Of a stretch of DNA of 64,000 nucleotides, positions 1 through 9,275 are shown one piece after another. Both the position numbers and the translations under genes were made by a program. Below the pieces are notes generated by a model. The model was not told the origin of the DNA and did not search any database. It saw nothing but the letters and a program-made list of their open reading frames with translations. The stretch is from Candidatus Latescibacterota bacterium (GTDB taxonomy: Bacteria > Latescibacterota > UBA2968 > UBA8231), in NCBI GenBank assembly GCA_965217585.1, contig OZ244561.1:1-64000 (forward strand). The letters are read 5' to 3'. Numbering within the stretch: position 1 is the first letter of the stretch; each line of letters opens with the position of its first letter.

Positions 1-13
1 CTTATTCATCGCG

Positions 14-610
14 GTGCGCAAAAACCCGCTCTACGCCATCGCTTGCTGTCTATGCCTGTCCTTGGGGTCCGCCTCAGCCGACGACCCCATCCGCGCCCAG
101 GTCGAAGCGCTCCGCGCCGCCAAAGATAGCCTGCTCAAAAGCGAGGATTCGCCGCTGCTGCCAGCGCAGCGCGCCCACTTCGAGCAGCTTGCGTACTATC
201 CCATCGACTTCCGCTATCGCCTGAGGGGCGAGCTGCACATCTACGGCCGCCAGCGCATCGTCGAAATCCCCAATACCGACGGCACCACCACCGAACTCGA
301 GCGATTTGGACGCTTTGTTTCGGCCTTTGGCGAAAAAGACTTTTGGCTGGAGGTGTACCGCAGCCCGCAAACCGGCGAAGCGGAAATCTTCTTCAAGGAT
401 CTGACCAACGGCCATACCACGTATGGGGGCGGGCGCTACGCGCGCCTGAGTCGGGAGGACGATGGCATGTATGTTATTGATTTCAATAACGCTTATAACC
501 CATACTGTGCTTACAATCCCGCCTATATTTGCCCGCTGCCCCCGCAACAAAACTACCTCGATTTCGCCGTGGAGGCCGGCGAGCTAATGCGCGGTACTGG
601 CCCCCGCTGA
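14..610 (+). CDS. DUF1684 family protein with signal peptide
   Basis: Motifs TYGGGRY and IDFNNAYNPYCAYNPAYICPLPP...VEAGE; hydrophobic N-terminus ending SASA-DD. Confidence 0.85.
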   Translation: MRKNPLYAIACCLCLSLGSASADDPIRAQVEALRAAKDSLLKSEDSPLLPAQRAHFEQLAYYPIDFRYRLRGELHIYGRQRIVEIPNTDGTTTELERFGRFVSAFGEKDFWLEVYRSPQTGEAEIFFKDLTNGHTTYGGGRYARLSREDDGMYVIDFNNAYNPYCAYNPAYICPLPPQQNYLDFAVEAGELMRGTGPR

Positions 611-683
611 TGCGCGGCGCGCGTTTTTTGCGTATATATAATTTCCGCCAATTGCAGCGCACCATCGCCCCTTGCTGACGCGC

Positions 684-2531
684 ATGAAAGCATTCCTCAC
701 ACGCCTCGAACAAGCCGCTGATTTGCGCGAAGTCCAATCGCTCGTCGATCACATCCTCGACGCGGCGCGGGCCGGCGGCAAATCTGAGGAAAAGCGCCGC
801 TTCCTCCGCTACCTACTCTTCAATCGGGCGCTCTTGTCCCGCCTAGAGACCCCCGTGGCCATCGACGCACTCCTCGCGGCGACCACGCCTCGCGAGTGGA
901 ATGAACTCTTCGGCGATGCGGTCGTCCAAGAGCTGCCGCAACTAATCGTCGATTTGGTCGATGGCTTGGTCGATCTCGATCACCGCCAATTGCTGCGGCT
1001 TTTGCCCCCCCAATCATCCAAGGCGCTCTTGCAGGTGCTCAAGCGTCTCAATGCCTATCTAGAAGAATGCGATGTCTCGGTCCGCTGTCTGCGCGGCATG
1101 CGCGCCGCCCGCATCATGGCCGACATCTACCCAACGTTCGCCGCCGAGTCGCGGGCCTGGCGGCGGCGAGCGCTGCCGCCCTGCTGCATCGACGGCCAAG
1201 ACATCGTCCAGCTCAAAGAAGCCAAGCACATCGATAAACTAGCTGTCGCCTACGAGGCGCGAATCAACCAGCTACAGAGCATCGACTTGCAGCGCAGCTT
1301 GGCCGCCCTCGACAATGGCCACGCCGCCGCACCGCGGATGATCGAAGCGGCCTACGAGCAAACCTTTTGCATCCAATCGCCCCTGCGCTTGGGCATCTCC
1401 AGCGCCAATGCCTCGGACAATCATCTGCGCAGCAAGGAACAGGGCGGCAAGACGCTCAACATCGCCGTCAATCTGCAACCGGGCCAGCAAGAGCGTGCCC
1501 AACCGCCGCTGGAAGTCACCGCACGGAGGCTGGCCGAACCCCAGCTCATCCTCCGCTCGCGCTCCATGGGCTTCAAGGCCGACTTTGAGGCCAACAAACA
1601 CAGCTCGGCCGCGACCGTCAGCGAGCTGTTCTTTGCCTACCGCCGCAGCGGCGACGAAGCCCTGCGGTTGATTAAGCAAGGGCTGGTCCACGCGGGCATC
1701 GTCCGGCCGAACTCCACAGATGTCATCGAAGACATCGCCGCCTTTACCGACGGCGGCGGCTTGGAACTCACCACCAGTAGCAAGGTGCTACAAGGGTCCG
1801 GCCTAGGGACCAGTGGCATCTTGTCTGCCGCCATCCTCAAAATGCTCTACCACCTCTCCGGTCACCCCTACGCCGCGCCCGCGTGCGAGTACCCCAGCCT
1901 CTACGACCACAGCCTCATGCTCGAGCAAAGCCTCGGCCTCAACAGCGGTTGGCAGGATGCGCGCGGTGCCAGCGGCGGTCCTTCGGCCATCAAGAACTTC
2001 TACGCGCCACCGACCGACGGCCTGCCCGCGCCCGAGCGCACGTTCCTCACCGAGGTGGACGAGCGCTTGTTCACCGAGCGGGTCGTTCTCTTCGACACGG
2101 GGATATCGCGCTCGGCTACCCGCGGCCTCAACGTCGTTCTCGACGCCTATTTGTCGCGGGATCGCCAGCGCTATGCGGCCATCCGAAATTCGCTGTCCAT
2201 TCACGACGAAATGGTGGCCGCGCTACGCGCGGGTGCCTACGCCGATCTCGGACGGCTGGCCGACCGCTACTGGCAGTTGCGCTGCATCCTCGACCCCCAA
2301 GCCACCAACGACGCCTTGCAACACCTTTTTGGGAATCCGCAGATCACCGATCTGACCGAGGGCGGGCTTATCACCGGGGCCGGTGGCGGCGGCTTCGCCC
2401 TCCTCATCGCCGCAGAGGGGCAAGCGGCCGCGTTGCGCGCCAGGCTCGACAAGCTGCGCCAACACGCGGCCTTTACCAAAAGCAGCGTGGTCTCCTATCA
2501 ACTCAACGCCCAAGGCATCAAGCTCGTGTGA
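684..2531 (+). CDS. GHMP kinase superfamily sugar kinase (fucokinase/HddA-like C-terminal half) with long N-terminal extension
   Basis: GSGLGTSGILSAA ATP-binding loop, LEQSLGLNSGWQD and C-terminal GAGGGGF; ATG at 684 preferred over TTG at 672. Confidence 0.75.
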   Translation: MKAFLTRLEQAADLREVQSLVDHILDAARAGGKSEEKRRFLRYLLFNRALLSRLETPVAIDALLAATTPREWNELFGDAVVQELPQLIVDLVDGLVDLDHRQLLRLLPPQSSKALLQVLKRLNAYLEECDVSVRCLRGMRAARIMADIYPTFAAESRAWRRRALPPCCIDGQDIVQLKEAKHIDKLAVAYEARINQLQSIDLQRSLAALDNGHAAAPRMIEAAYEQTFCIQSPLRLGISSANASDNHLRSKEQGGKTLNIAVNLQPGQQERAQPPLEVTARRLAEPQLILRSRSMGFKADFEANKHSSAATVSELFFAYRRSGDEALRLIKQGLVHAGIVRPNSTDVIEDIAAFTDGGGLELTTSSKVLQGSGLGTSGILSAAILKMLYHLSGHPYAAPACEYPSLYDHSLMLEQSLGLNSGWQDARGASGGPSAIKNFYAPPTDGLPAPERTFLTEVDERLFTERVVLFDTGISRSATRGLNVVLDAYLSRDRQRYAAIRNSLSIHDEMVAALRAGAYADLGRLADRYWQLRCILDPQATNDALQHLFGNPQITDLTEGGLITGAGGGGFALLIAAEGQAAALRARLDKLRQHAAFTKSSVVSYQLNAQGIKLV

Positions 2532-3058
2532 GGACGGCAGCGGTGGCCAGCAAGAGAGAGCACCTGCTCATAGACGGCTACAACCTCATCAAATCGACTC
2601 AGCTCTTCCAAGGCCGAGGCGATACGCTGGAACGGGCACGCAGCCGCTTGCAGCAGGCACTCGCCGCCTACGGCCGCCGCGCCGACAAGCACATTACCCT
2701 GTACTACGACGGCACCGGCGCAGCGCCGAACACAGCCAGCGCAAGCAGCCCATACGTCACCATAGAATTCTCGCGCTACCCTCAGCAGGCCGACGACCTG
2801 ATCGCGCAGGCGGTCGCAAAAAAACACGGTGCCAAGTGGCTGCGGGTCATCAGCTCCGACCGCGCAGTCCAGCGCTGCGCCGCGCGCCACAAGATCCGCT
2901 CGACCTGCTCTGAGGATTTTCTCGACGAACTCACAGGACCTGTCCAGGCACCGAGCGCGCCCGCGACGGCCCGCGACGGCACCGAATCTCACCCGCCCCT
3001 CGACCCAGACGACCTAGATCACTGGGAAGCCTTGTTCCGCAAGAAAGCCAACCGCTAG
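2528..3058 (+). CDS. NYN/YacP-like PIN-fold ribonuclease
   Basis: LLIDGYN, YYDG, ADDLI and VISSDRAV motifs; GTG start overlaps the upstream stop (C-terminal part of ORF 1883..3058). Confidence 0.8.
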   Translation: MRTAAVASKREHLLIDGYNLIKSTQLFQGRGDTLERARSRLQQALAAYGRRADKHITLYYDGTGAAPNTASASSPYVTIEFSRYPQQADDLIAQAVAKKHGAKWLRVISSDRAVQRCAARHKIRSTCSEDFLDELTGPVQAPSAPATARDGTESHPPLDPDDLDHWEALFRKKANR

Positions 3059-3735
3059 GGCAGCGGCAGCACGAGGTCGCGCAGCACCGCCAAGCTGTGC
3101 CGCCCTTGGGTACTGCCCGCTCGCGCCAAGGCTTCGAGATGCACCTTTAGGAACCCCGCCTCGGCCGGCGTATCCACATCGTACCAAGGCGGCAGCAGGC
3201 CGAGCGTCTGCGTTCCCAAGCGCGCTAGGGTTTGCCCGAGCACCATCTTGGTGCTCCAAGCCACGTCTTGGAATATCCGGCTTTCCCCTTTTCGCCTGCC
3301 CACCAAGTAGTAGCCGCCGTCCGTGCTCGGGCCTAAGACCACCTCCTTCTCACGCAAGAGTGCCAGCCCCTCGTCGATGTAGCTGGCTGGCAGAGAAGGG
3401 CTATCCGAGCCGATGATGACCACCCGCTCGGCCCCCCGCGCAAAGGCCCACTGCATCAGGCCCTCCATGCGCTGCCCTAGATTGCCTTCGGGCTGGGGTA
3501 CGTACTCGAAGACGCCAATCGGAGCCAGTAGGGCACGCAGGGCGTCTTCGGCATCGGCCGGGGTAAAGGCCACGAGCTTGGCGGCGGCCTTTGTCGCGTG
3601 CAGCGCAGTGGCGCAATCCAGCAACATGGCCTCGTACAGGCGCGCGGCCTCAGAGGCACTCAAATGGCTTTGGAGCCGGGTTTTGACCGATCCGGGGACT
3701 GGTTTTTTGGCAAAGAGCACGGCGCAGGTGGACAT
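3055..3735 (-). CDS. TIGR04282/DUF2064 family glycosyltransferase-like (CofC-related) protein
   Basis: FAKKPVPGSVKTRL, QPEGNLGQRM, IIGSDSPSL, LGPSTDGGYYLVG, WYDVDT; start at ATG 3735. Confidence 0.85.
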   Translation of the reverse strand: MSTCAVLFAKKPVPGSVKTRLQSHLSASEAARLYEAMLLDCATALHATKAAAKLVAFTPADAEDALRALLAPIGVFEYVPQPEGNLGQRMEGLMQWAFARGAERVVIIGSDSPSLPASYIDEGLALLREKEVVLGPSTDGGYYLVGRRKGESRIFQDVAWSTKMVLGQTLARLGTQTLGLLPPWYDVDTPAEAGFLKVHLEALARAGSTQGRHSLAVLRDLVLPLP

Positions 3736-3825
3736 CTGCCCCTCCCTATTGTCTATCGTCGGCAGAGCGCGTACTTTTTGCAATATAATTCGCGACAACC
3801 TTTCACAAAATCGACCGAGGAGCTC

Positions 3826-5022
3826 ATGGCCCAAGTCAATATCGTCCGCCACAACCCCATCGCCATCTTTTCCAACCCCACCGAAGTGATCATCACCGAC
3901 GACAACGGCCACGTCGTGCGCCTAGTCGAGCCTTCGGGCAACGTCGGCACCCAATACGCCAACGACGTCGGTTCGGAGTGGTTCGGCACCATCGAAAACC
4001 TCAACAAGGGCCTCGAAATTTGCGGCGTCCACTGGTCCGACGTGTACAAGACAGACGTCCTGTGGACCACCCCTTCTGCCGACCGCGACGAGTGCGACCA
4101 GCGCAAAAATGACTTCAACGCCTGCTACGGGGCCATGATCGCCGCCGTCACCGGCGGCCCCTTGCGCTCCAACCGCATGGCCCGCTTCACTCACCCAGAG
4201 GGCTTCCCAGACCCGGTGGCCCTCTTCGAGGTCCAGATCAAGGCCTGTGCCGGCGAGACCGTCTCCATCAGTAGCGGCAAAATCGACTACGGCACTTGGG
4301 TGGATCACCAGCCCTCGGGCGCATCGGTCATGCACCAGCGGGACGGCGAAATGATCACCACGCTCGGCGACGACTTGGCCGAGGAAATGCGCTTCATCCT
4401 CGACGAGCAATACGCCAAGCCCTTTGCCGAGCAAGGCGTTGACTTCAAAAAGCAAACCGTATTCATGGAGATCCTCGTGGCCGTGGACGACGATCCCGCC
4501 AAGACCTGGCAGCGCATTGAAACCACCCGCCAAGTCTTTGAAGATTACTACGGCGACGACCGGCCCGCCGGCCTGATCTACCCGGTGTCGCGGATCCCCA
4601 ATCTCGACAGCATCATCGAACCGCAGCCGCGCGTGGTCTCCGGCGAAGTCGAAATCGTGCGCTCGGGGCAGATCGAAGACGGCTTCTCGACCTGGGCGGG
4701 TTTGCGCCACCACGGCGTGCGCGAAGTCCACGTCTCGGCCGTCGGGGGCAGCGACGCCGGCCAGCAGCTAGGCACGCTCGACGCCCGGATCAAGGAAGCC
4801 GGGGGCGCGGGTCTCAAAGAGAACGGCGTCTTCAACAACGCCTACATCGTCGCCGGTGCCGACTCCGCGCAAAACCGCGCCGCGATAGCCGCCTTCAACG
4901 AGTCCTTTAGCGCGTACTACGCAGGCACCGCACCGGCTGGCCGCACCGCCCAGTTTATCGGCGGCATCCAGCAGCAAGGTCATCAGAGCGGCATCTCCAC
5001 CCGTGCGATCTTCGCCGAGTAA
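3826..5022 (+). CDS. Protein with three tandem RidA/YjgF-like domains
   Basis: Three repeats of a RidA-like pattern (G...DV.K..V....FN..Y...PA); AGGAG RBS before ATG 3826. Confidence 0.55.
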   Translation: MAQVNIVRHNPIAIFSNPTEVIITDDNGHVVRLVEPSGNVGTQYANDVGSEWFGTIENLNKGLEICGVHWSDVYKTDVLWTTPSADRDECDQRKNDFNACYGAMIAAVTGGPLRSNRMARFTHPEGFPDPVALFEVQIKACAGETVSISSGKIDYGTWVDHQPSGASVMHQRDGEMITTLGDDLAEEMRFILDEQYAKPFAEQGVDFKKQTVFMEILVAVDDDPAKTWQRIETTRQVFEDYYGDDRPAGLIYPVSRIPNLDSIIEPQPRVVSGEVEIVRSGQIEDGFSTWAGLRHHGVREVHVSAVGGSDAGQQLGTLDARIKEAGGAGLKENGVFNNAYIVAGADSAQNRAAIAAFNESFSAYYAGTAPAGRTAQFIGGIQQQGHQSGISTRAIFAE

Positions 5023-5026
5023 GCCC

Positions 5027-5521
5027 GTGATTAGCGCCGCCGTGATCATCGCCGCCCTCGAACGGCACGGCGTCACGCATGTGCTAGGCGTGCCAGACAA
5101 TGGCTCGTGCGTCCTGTACGAGCGCCTGTGGGACCACGACACCATCGAAGTGATCCTCACCAGCCGCGAGGGCGAAGCGTATGGCTTGGCCTCCGGCTTG
5201 TATTTGGGCGGTGCTCATCCGCTAGTGCTGATCCAGAATACGGGCTTTTTGGAGGCCGGCGACGCCTTCCGCGGCACGGCCTACAACATGGGCATTCCCC
5301 TCGTCATGCTCGTCGGCTACCGCGGCTACGCCACCATGGCCCCAGGTGCCCCCCGAGTCGATACGGCCGCCACCTTCTTCGAGCCGACCCTCAAGGCTTG
5401 GAACATCCCCTACACCGCCATGCACACAGACGACGACAGCGGCCAGCTCGACACTGCGTTCGCCAAGGCCCGAGAGACCTCGTTGCCGACCGCTGTGTTG
5501 CTGGTCGCGGAGACTGCATAA
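5027..5521 (+). CDS. ThDP-dependent decarboxylase alpha subunit (ComD sulfopyruvate / phosphonopyruvate decarboxylase-like)
   Basis: GVPD, SREGEAYGLASG, IQNTG, IPLVMLVGYRG: Pyr-domain signature; GTG at 5027. Confidence 0.8.
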   Translation: MISAAVIIAALERHGVTHVLGVPDNGSCVLYERLWDHDTIEVILTSREGEAYGLASGLYLGGAHPLVLIQNTGFLEAGDAFRGTAYNMGIPLVMLVGYRGYATMAPGAPRVDTAATFFEPTLKAWNIPYTAMHTDDDSGQLDTAFAKARETSLPTAVLLVAETA

Positions 5522-5522
5522 G

Positions 5523-6092
5523 ATGCTCGACAAATACACCTGCCTCGAAAAACTAGCCGCCAGACGCACGGACGAAGTCGTGGTCACCACCATGAGCGTG
5601 GCCATGCCTTGGGCCGCGCACTCCGACGGCCCGCTAGATTTTGCCCACGTCGAAAGCGCCATGGGCCACGCCGCCGACTTTGCACTGGGCTTGGCTATCG
5701 CCCAGCCCGAGCGCCGGGTCTTGTGCATCAACGGCGACGGCAGCACCCTCATGTCGCTGGGTGTGCTCGTCACCTTGGCTCAGCGCCCGGCCCCGAATCT
5801 AACCCTCGTCATCACTGAAAACGGCACGTACGAAGTAACCGGCAGCCAGCCCGTACCCGGTGCCGCTTTTATCGACTATGAGCAAATCTGCCGTGGAGCC
5901 GGCCTCCAGCGCGTCTATACCATCGACACCGACGACGACTTCGACGCCAAGCTCGACCAGCACTTTGCGGAAGAAGGCCCCGTCGTCTTTATCTGGAAAA
6001 TCGCCCCGGCCACCGAGCCGGTGCCCAAACCGGCCCTGCCGATCGGCGAGCGCGCCCAGCGCCTGCGCATCGCCTTGGTCGGCGGGGGATAG
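5523..6092 (+). CDS. ThDP-dependent decarboxylase beta subunit (ComE-like)
   Basis: SAMGHA and ThDP motif NGDGSTLMSLG...ENGTYEVTGSQP. Confidence 0.8.
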   Translation: MLDKYTCLEKLAARRTDEVVVTTMSVAMPWAAHSDGPLDFAHVESAMGHAADFALGLAIAQPERRVLCINGDGSTLMSLGVLVTLAQRPAPNLTLVITENGTYEVTGSQPVPGAAFIDYEQICRGAGLQRVYTIDTDDDFDAKLDQHFAEEGPVVFIWKIAPATEPVPKPALPIGERAQRLRIALVGGG

Positions 6093-6103
6093 AGGTACCC
6101 ACC

Positions 6104-7351
6104 GTGCAACTACCGCAAATGGCCCCCGTCAAGCAGCACTTTGCCAACGACTCGCTAGCCGATGTGGCCGGCGAGGTCCGTCGCCAGCTAGCGCGCGCCG
6201 GCCTAGCCGACGTCATTGCCCCCGGCGCGCGAATCGCCGTCACGGGCGGCAGCCGCGGCATCGCCAATATCCCGCTCATCACCCGCACCGTCATCGACTG
6301 CGTCAAAGAGGCCGGTGGCAGGCCCTTCCTGCTGTCGGCTATGGGCAGCCACGGCGGCGCCACCGCCGCAGGCCAAAAGCAGGTGCTAGCCGGCTACGGT
6401 CTCGACGCCGAGAGCATGGGTTGCCCGGTCGAGGCAACTATGGCCGTCGTCGAAGTCGCCCAGCTCGACGACGGCACCCCAGTGCTGCTCAACCGGCTCG
6501 CCACCGAAGCCGATGGCGTGGTGCTCATCAACCGCATCAAGCCGCACACCTCCTTCCGCGGCCTGTTTGAGAGCGGCCTGATGAAGATGATGACCATTGG
6601 CCTAGGTAGCCACAAAGGCGCGACCATTGCCCACGCCGGTGGTGCCGAGAGCCTTGCCCGTCTAATCCCGGCTTGGGGCCGCTGCATCCTCGACAAAGCG
6701 CCGATCCTCATGGGTTTGGCCCTCGTCGAAAACGCCTACGAAGAGACCCTCCGCGTCGAGGCCCTGCAACCCGGGCAGTTCCAAAGCCGCGAGCCGCAGC
6801 TTTTGGAGGAAGCGCGGCGCGCCATGCCCCGCATCTTAGTCCAAGGCATCGACCTGCTGCTCATCGAGCAAATCGGCAAGAATATCTCCGGCACCGGCAT
6901 GGACACCAACGTCGTCGGCCGCATGCTCCTGCCCGGCGTCAAAGAGCCGGAGTCCCCGGGCGTTGCCCGCATCGTGGTTCTCGACCTGACCGACGAAACC
7001 CACGGCAACGCCAACGGCGTCGGCCTCGCCGACATCATCACCCGCCGCCTGCACGAGCGCATCGACTTCAAAGCCACGTACGCCAACGTCTTCACCACCA
7101 CCTTCCTCAACCGCGCGTACGTACCCGTCGTCATGGCAACCGACCGCGAGGCCATTGAGGCCGCGCTTGCGGTGCAAAACCTCGCCAACCCCGAACAGGC
7201 GCGCGTCGTCCGCATCAAAAACACCCTCGACATCGGTCGCATCCAACTATCCGCGAGCCTGCTGCGGGAGTTCGGCGACCATCCCGACCTAGAGCAAACC
7301 GACGCCCTGGCCGAGATGGCTTTTGACGAGCACGGCCAACTGTATCGCTGA
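6104..7351 (+). CDS. LarA-N/DUF362-like (lactate racemase domain) protein
   Basis: GSRGI, AMGSHGGATAAGQ, NRIKPHTSF, ESGLMKMMTIGLG, GKNISGTGMDTNVVGR, HGNANGVGLAD. Confidence 0.7.
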   Translation: MQLPQMAPVKQHFANDSLADVAGEVRRQLARAGLADVIAPGARIAVTGGSRGIANIPLITRTVIDCVKEAGGRPFLLSAMGSHGGATAAGQKQVLAGYGLDAESMGCPVEATMAVVEVAQLDDGTPVLLNRLATEADGVVLINRIKPHTSFRGLFESGLMKMMTIGLGSHKGATIAHAGGAESLARLIPAWGRCILDKAPILMGLALVENAYEETLRVEALQPGQFQSREPQLLEEARRAMPRILVQGIDLLLIEQIGKNISGTGMDTNVVGRMLLPGVKEPESPGVARIVVLDLTDETHGNANGVGLADIITRRLHERIDFKATYANVFTTTFLNRAYVPVVMATDREAIEAALAVQNLANPEQARVVRIKNTLDIGRIQLSASLLREFGDHPDLEQTDALAEMAFDEHGQLYR

Positions 7352-7566
7352 TTTTCAGCGGTTACAAGCAATCTCATTCATGCTAGCGGCCCCATAGGGG
7401 GGCACAGGAACCACTCCCCTCTTGGGAGAGTCTGCAAGCCAAGGGCCAAAGCCCACCGGCGATCAGAGTCTTCATCACGCCCCCTTGGGGGTCGGCAAGC
7501 CAAGTGGGCGGGTCGGTGGAGACCATCCTTACACGGTCATCACTCGCAAACAGTGGGCTTCAGCCG

Positions 7567-8958
7567 ATGAAAAATCCCATTTTTCCGCTCGTCTTCTTCG
7601 CGTCGCTCGGCCTTTTCCTCTCGTCGGCGACCGTCAGCTATGCTTCTCCCTCGTCGTCGGATGAGGTGCCTTTCTGTTTGCCCTTCGCTTACGAGCGGGA
7701 GCGCGGCACTACCTACGCTGCTGGCAAACCGACTGGTCTGGACGTTGGCGAACCTCGCACGGTGCGGATGATTTACTTCTTGTCTAACGACCGCCCGTTT
7801 CGCGCGTCTGTGATCGATTCGATGCAAACGACGATTCGCCAAGTTCAGACCTTTTATGCCGAGCAGATGCAGGCGCATGGCCATGGGAACAAAACCTTCC
7901 GCTTTGAAACCGAGGCCGAGGGCGAACCGCTCGTTCACCGCGTGGAGGGTGAGCATTCCGATAGCCACTATTTTGACTGCACAGTCAATACTGTGCTTGA
8001 CGAGATTTCACAGGCGTTTAATGTCAGCGAGAACATTTACTTCATCGTTGTTGATATAAGTGGTCTATATTCAGCGGGCCAGAAGGTGGGCGGAGTGGGA
8101 ACCTGGTGGGGAAATGGAGGATTCGCCTTCGTTGATAGCGAACTTCCTAGCGAATTTCGTTGGATTGCGGCTACACATGAGCTTGGCCATGCCTTCGGAT
8201 TGTTTCACGACTTCCGCGACGATACGTACATCATGTCGTACAGCTATCAACCGCACGTGCTATCTATGTGCAGTGCTGAATTTTTGGCCGTGCATCCCTA
8301 TTTCAATCCCAATGCGGCAGAGACACTGACATCAACAATCGAACTCATTTCGCCGCGGACCTATCCGACAGATGCAAAGAGCATCCCTATCCAACTCAAA
8401 GTCAGCGATTCAGATGGGCTTCATCAAGTGCTCCTGCTCGCTGAAACAATAGCACCACATAGGGCTACCGGATTTTTTGAAGTGAAGGCGTGTCGTGGAC
8501 TCGTAGACAAAAAAGAGGCCGTCGTTGAATTCGATTACGACGGCGTCATTCCGTCTGTTCCAAGTACGAGTCTTTTCGATCCTATTGTGCATTCGATTGC
8601 TGTACGTGCAGTTGATACTGGAGGAAATGTTACCGTTGAGCATTTTGCGCTATGGGGTGGCGCAGCGGAGAGCAGCAATATCGCCACGCAATTGTATCAG
8701 AACGCGCCCAATCCATTCAACTGCCTGACAATATTCTCCTATTTTCTGCGGACGCCTAGTCCGACGCGCTTAGAGGTGTTCGCGCTAACCGGGCAACGGG
8801 TAGCGGTCTTGAGCACAGGGCCGCAGCAAGCAGGTCGCCACCGGCTAGCTTGGGATGGGCGGGACAACGAGGGCCGCCCGTTGGCCAGCGGCGTCTATCT
8901 GTATCGTTTGGTGTCGGCCGAGGGCGTTTTGACGCGCAAGCTCATCCTGCTGAGGTAA
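7567..8958 (+). CDS. Secreted zincin metallopeptidase with C-terminal FlgD-Ig/T9SS-like domain
   Basis: Signal peptide, HELGHAFGLFHD with Met-turn YIMSY, C-terminal LYQNAPNPFN...WDGRDNEGRPLASGVYLYRL. Confidence 0.8.
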   Translation: MKNPIFPLVFFASLGLFLSSATVSYASPSSSDEVPFCLPFAYERERGTTYAAGKPTGLDVGEPRTVRMIYFLSNDRPFRASVIDSMQTTIRQVQTFYAEQMQAHGHGNKTFRFETEAEGEPLVHRVEGEHSDSHYFDCTVNTVLDEISQAFNVSENIYFIVVDISGLYSAGQKVGGVGTWWGNGGFAFVDSELPSEFRWIAATHELGHAFGLFHDFRDDTYIMSYSYQPHVLSMCSAEFLAVHPYFNPNAAETLTSTIELISPRTYPTDAKSIPIQLKVSDSDGLHQVLLLAETIAPHRATGFFEVKACRGLVDKKEAVVEFDYDGVIPSVPSTSLFDPIVHSIAVRAVDTGGNVTVEHFALWGGAAESSNIATQLYQNAPNPFNCLTIFSYFLRTPSPTRLEVFALTGQRVAVLSTGPQQAGRHRLAWDGRDNEGRPLASGVYLYRLVSAEGVLTRKLILLR

Positions 8959-9040
8959 CGACACCAAGCGAATCGGGGCTTTGGGGATGCCTCCACCGAG
9001 TAGTGGAAGAAACGGGGAGATCGTCGGGCGGAAGGAAGAG

Positions 9041-9060
9041 GGCGCGTAGGAGGACGCGCC
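9041..9060. terminator. Short hairpin GGCGCGT-aggagg-ACGCGCC between convergent units
   Basis: Perfect 7-bp inverted repeat next to the stop codon of the duplicated rpoN end; no clear U-tract. Confidence 0.35.
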
Positions 9061-9271
9061 TACAGCTCCTTGCGGTAGCGCTGCGAAGGAATCTTTAGCT
9101 GGTCGCGGTATTTTTGGCCACGGTCCGCCGCGCAATTTTCAAGCCGCCCTTGCTCAGCTCCTCGACAATCTGTTGGTCCGAAAGCGGCGGGCCTTGTCCT
9201 CGTCGGCGACGAGTTGCGAAATTTTCTCCTTCACCGAGCGCACCGACACGTCTTCACCCTCGTCCGTGCTG
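9053..9271 (-). repeat. Degenerate direct-repeat copy of the rpoN 3' end (partner 10122-10343)
   Basis: Near-identical to 10122-10343, with a +2 indel (tatttttggcc vs tatttggcc), a -1 indel and a few substitutions. Confidence 0.95.
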
Positions 9272-9275
9272 GTGT

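Noticed and set aside
1883-2527. N-terminal part of ORF 1883..3058
   Set aside because: Arg/Pro-rich alternative frame inside the GHMP kinase; only 2528 onward looks like real protein
3055-3735. Arsenosugar biosynthesis cluster
   Set aside because: The partner radical SAM, methyltransferase and second glycosyltransferase genes are not adjacent
7412-7504. Bona fide CRISPR array
   Set aside because: Only two imperfect repeats and no cas genes; kept only as a low-interest finding
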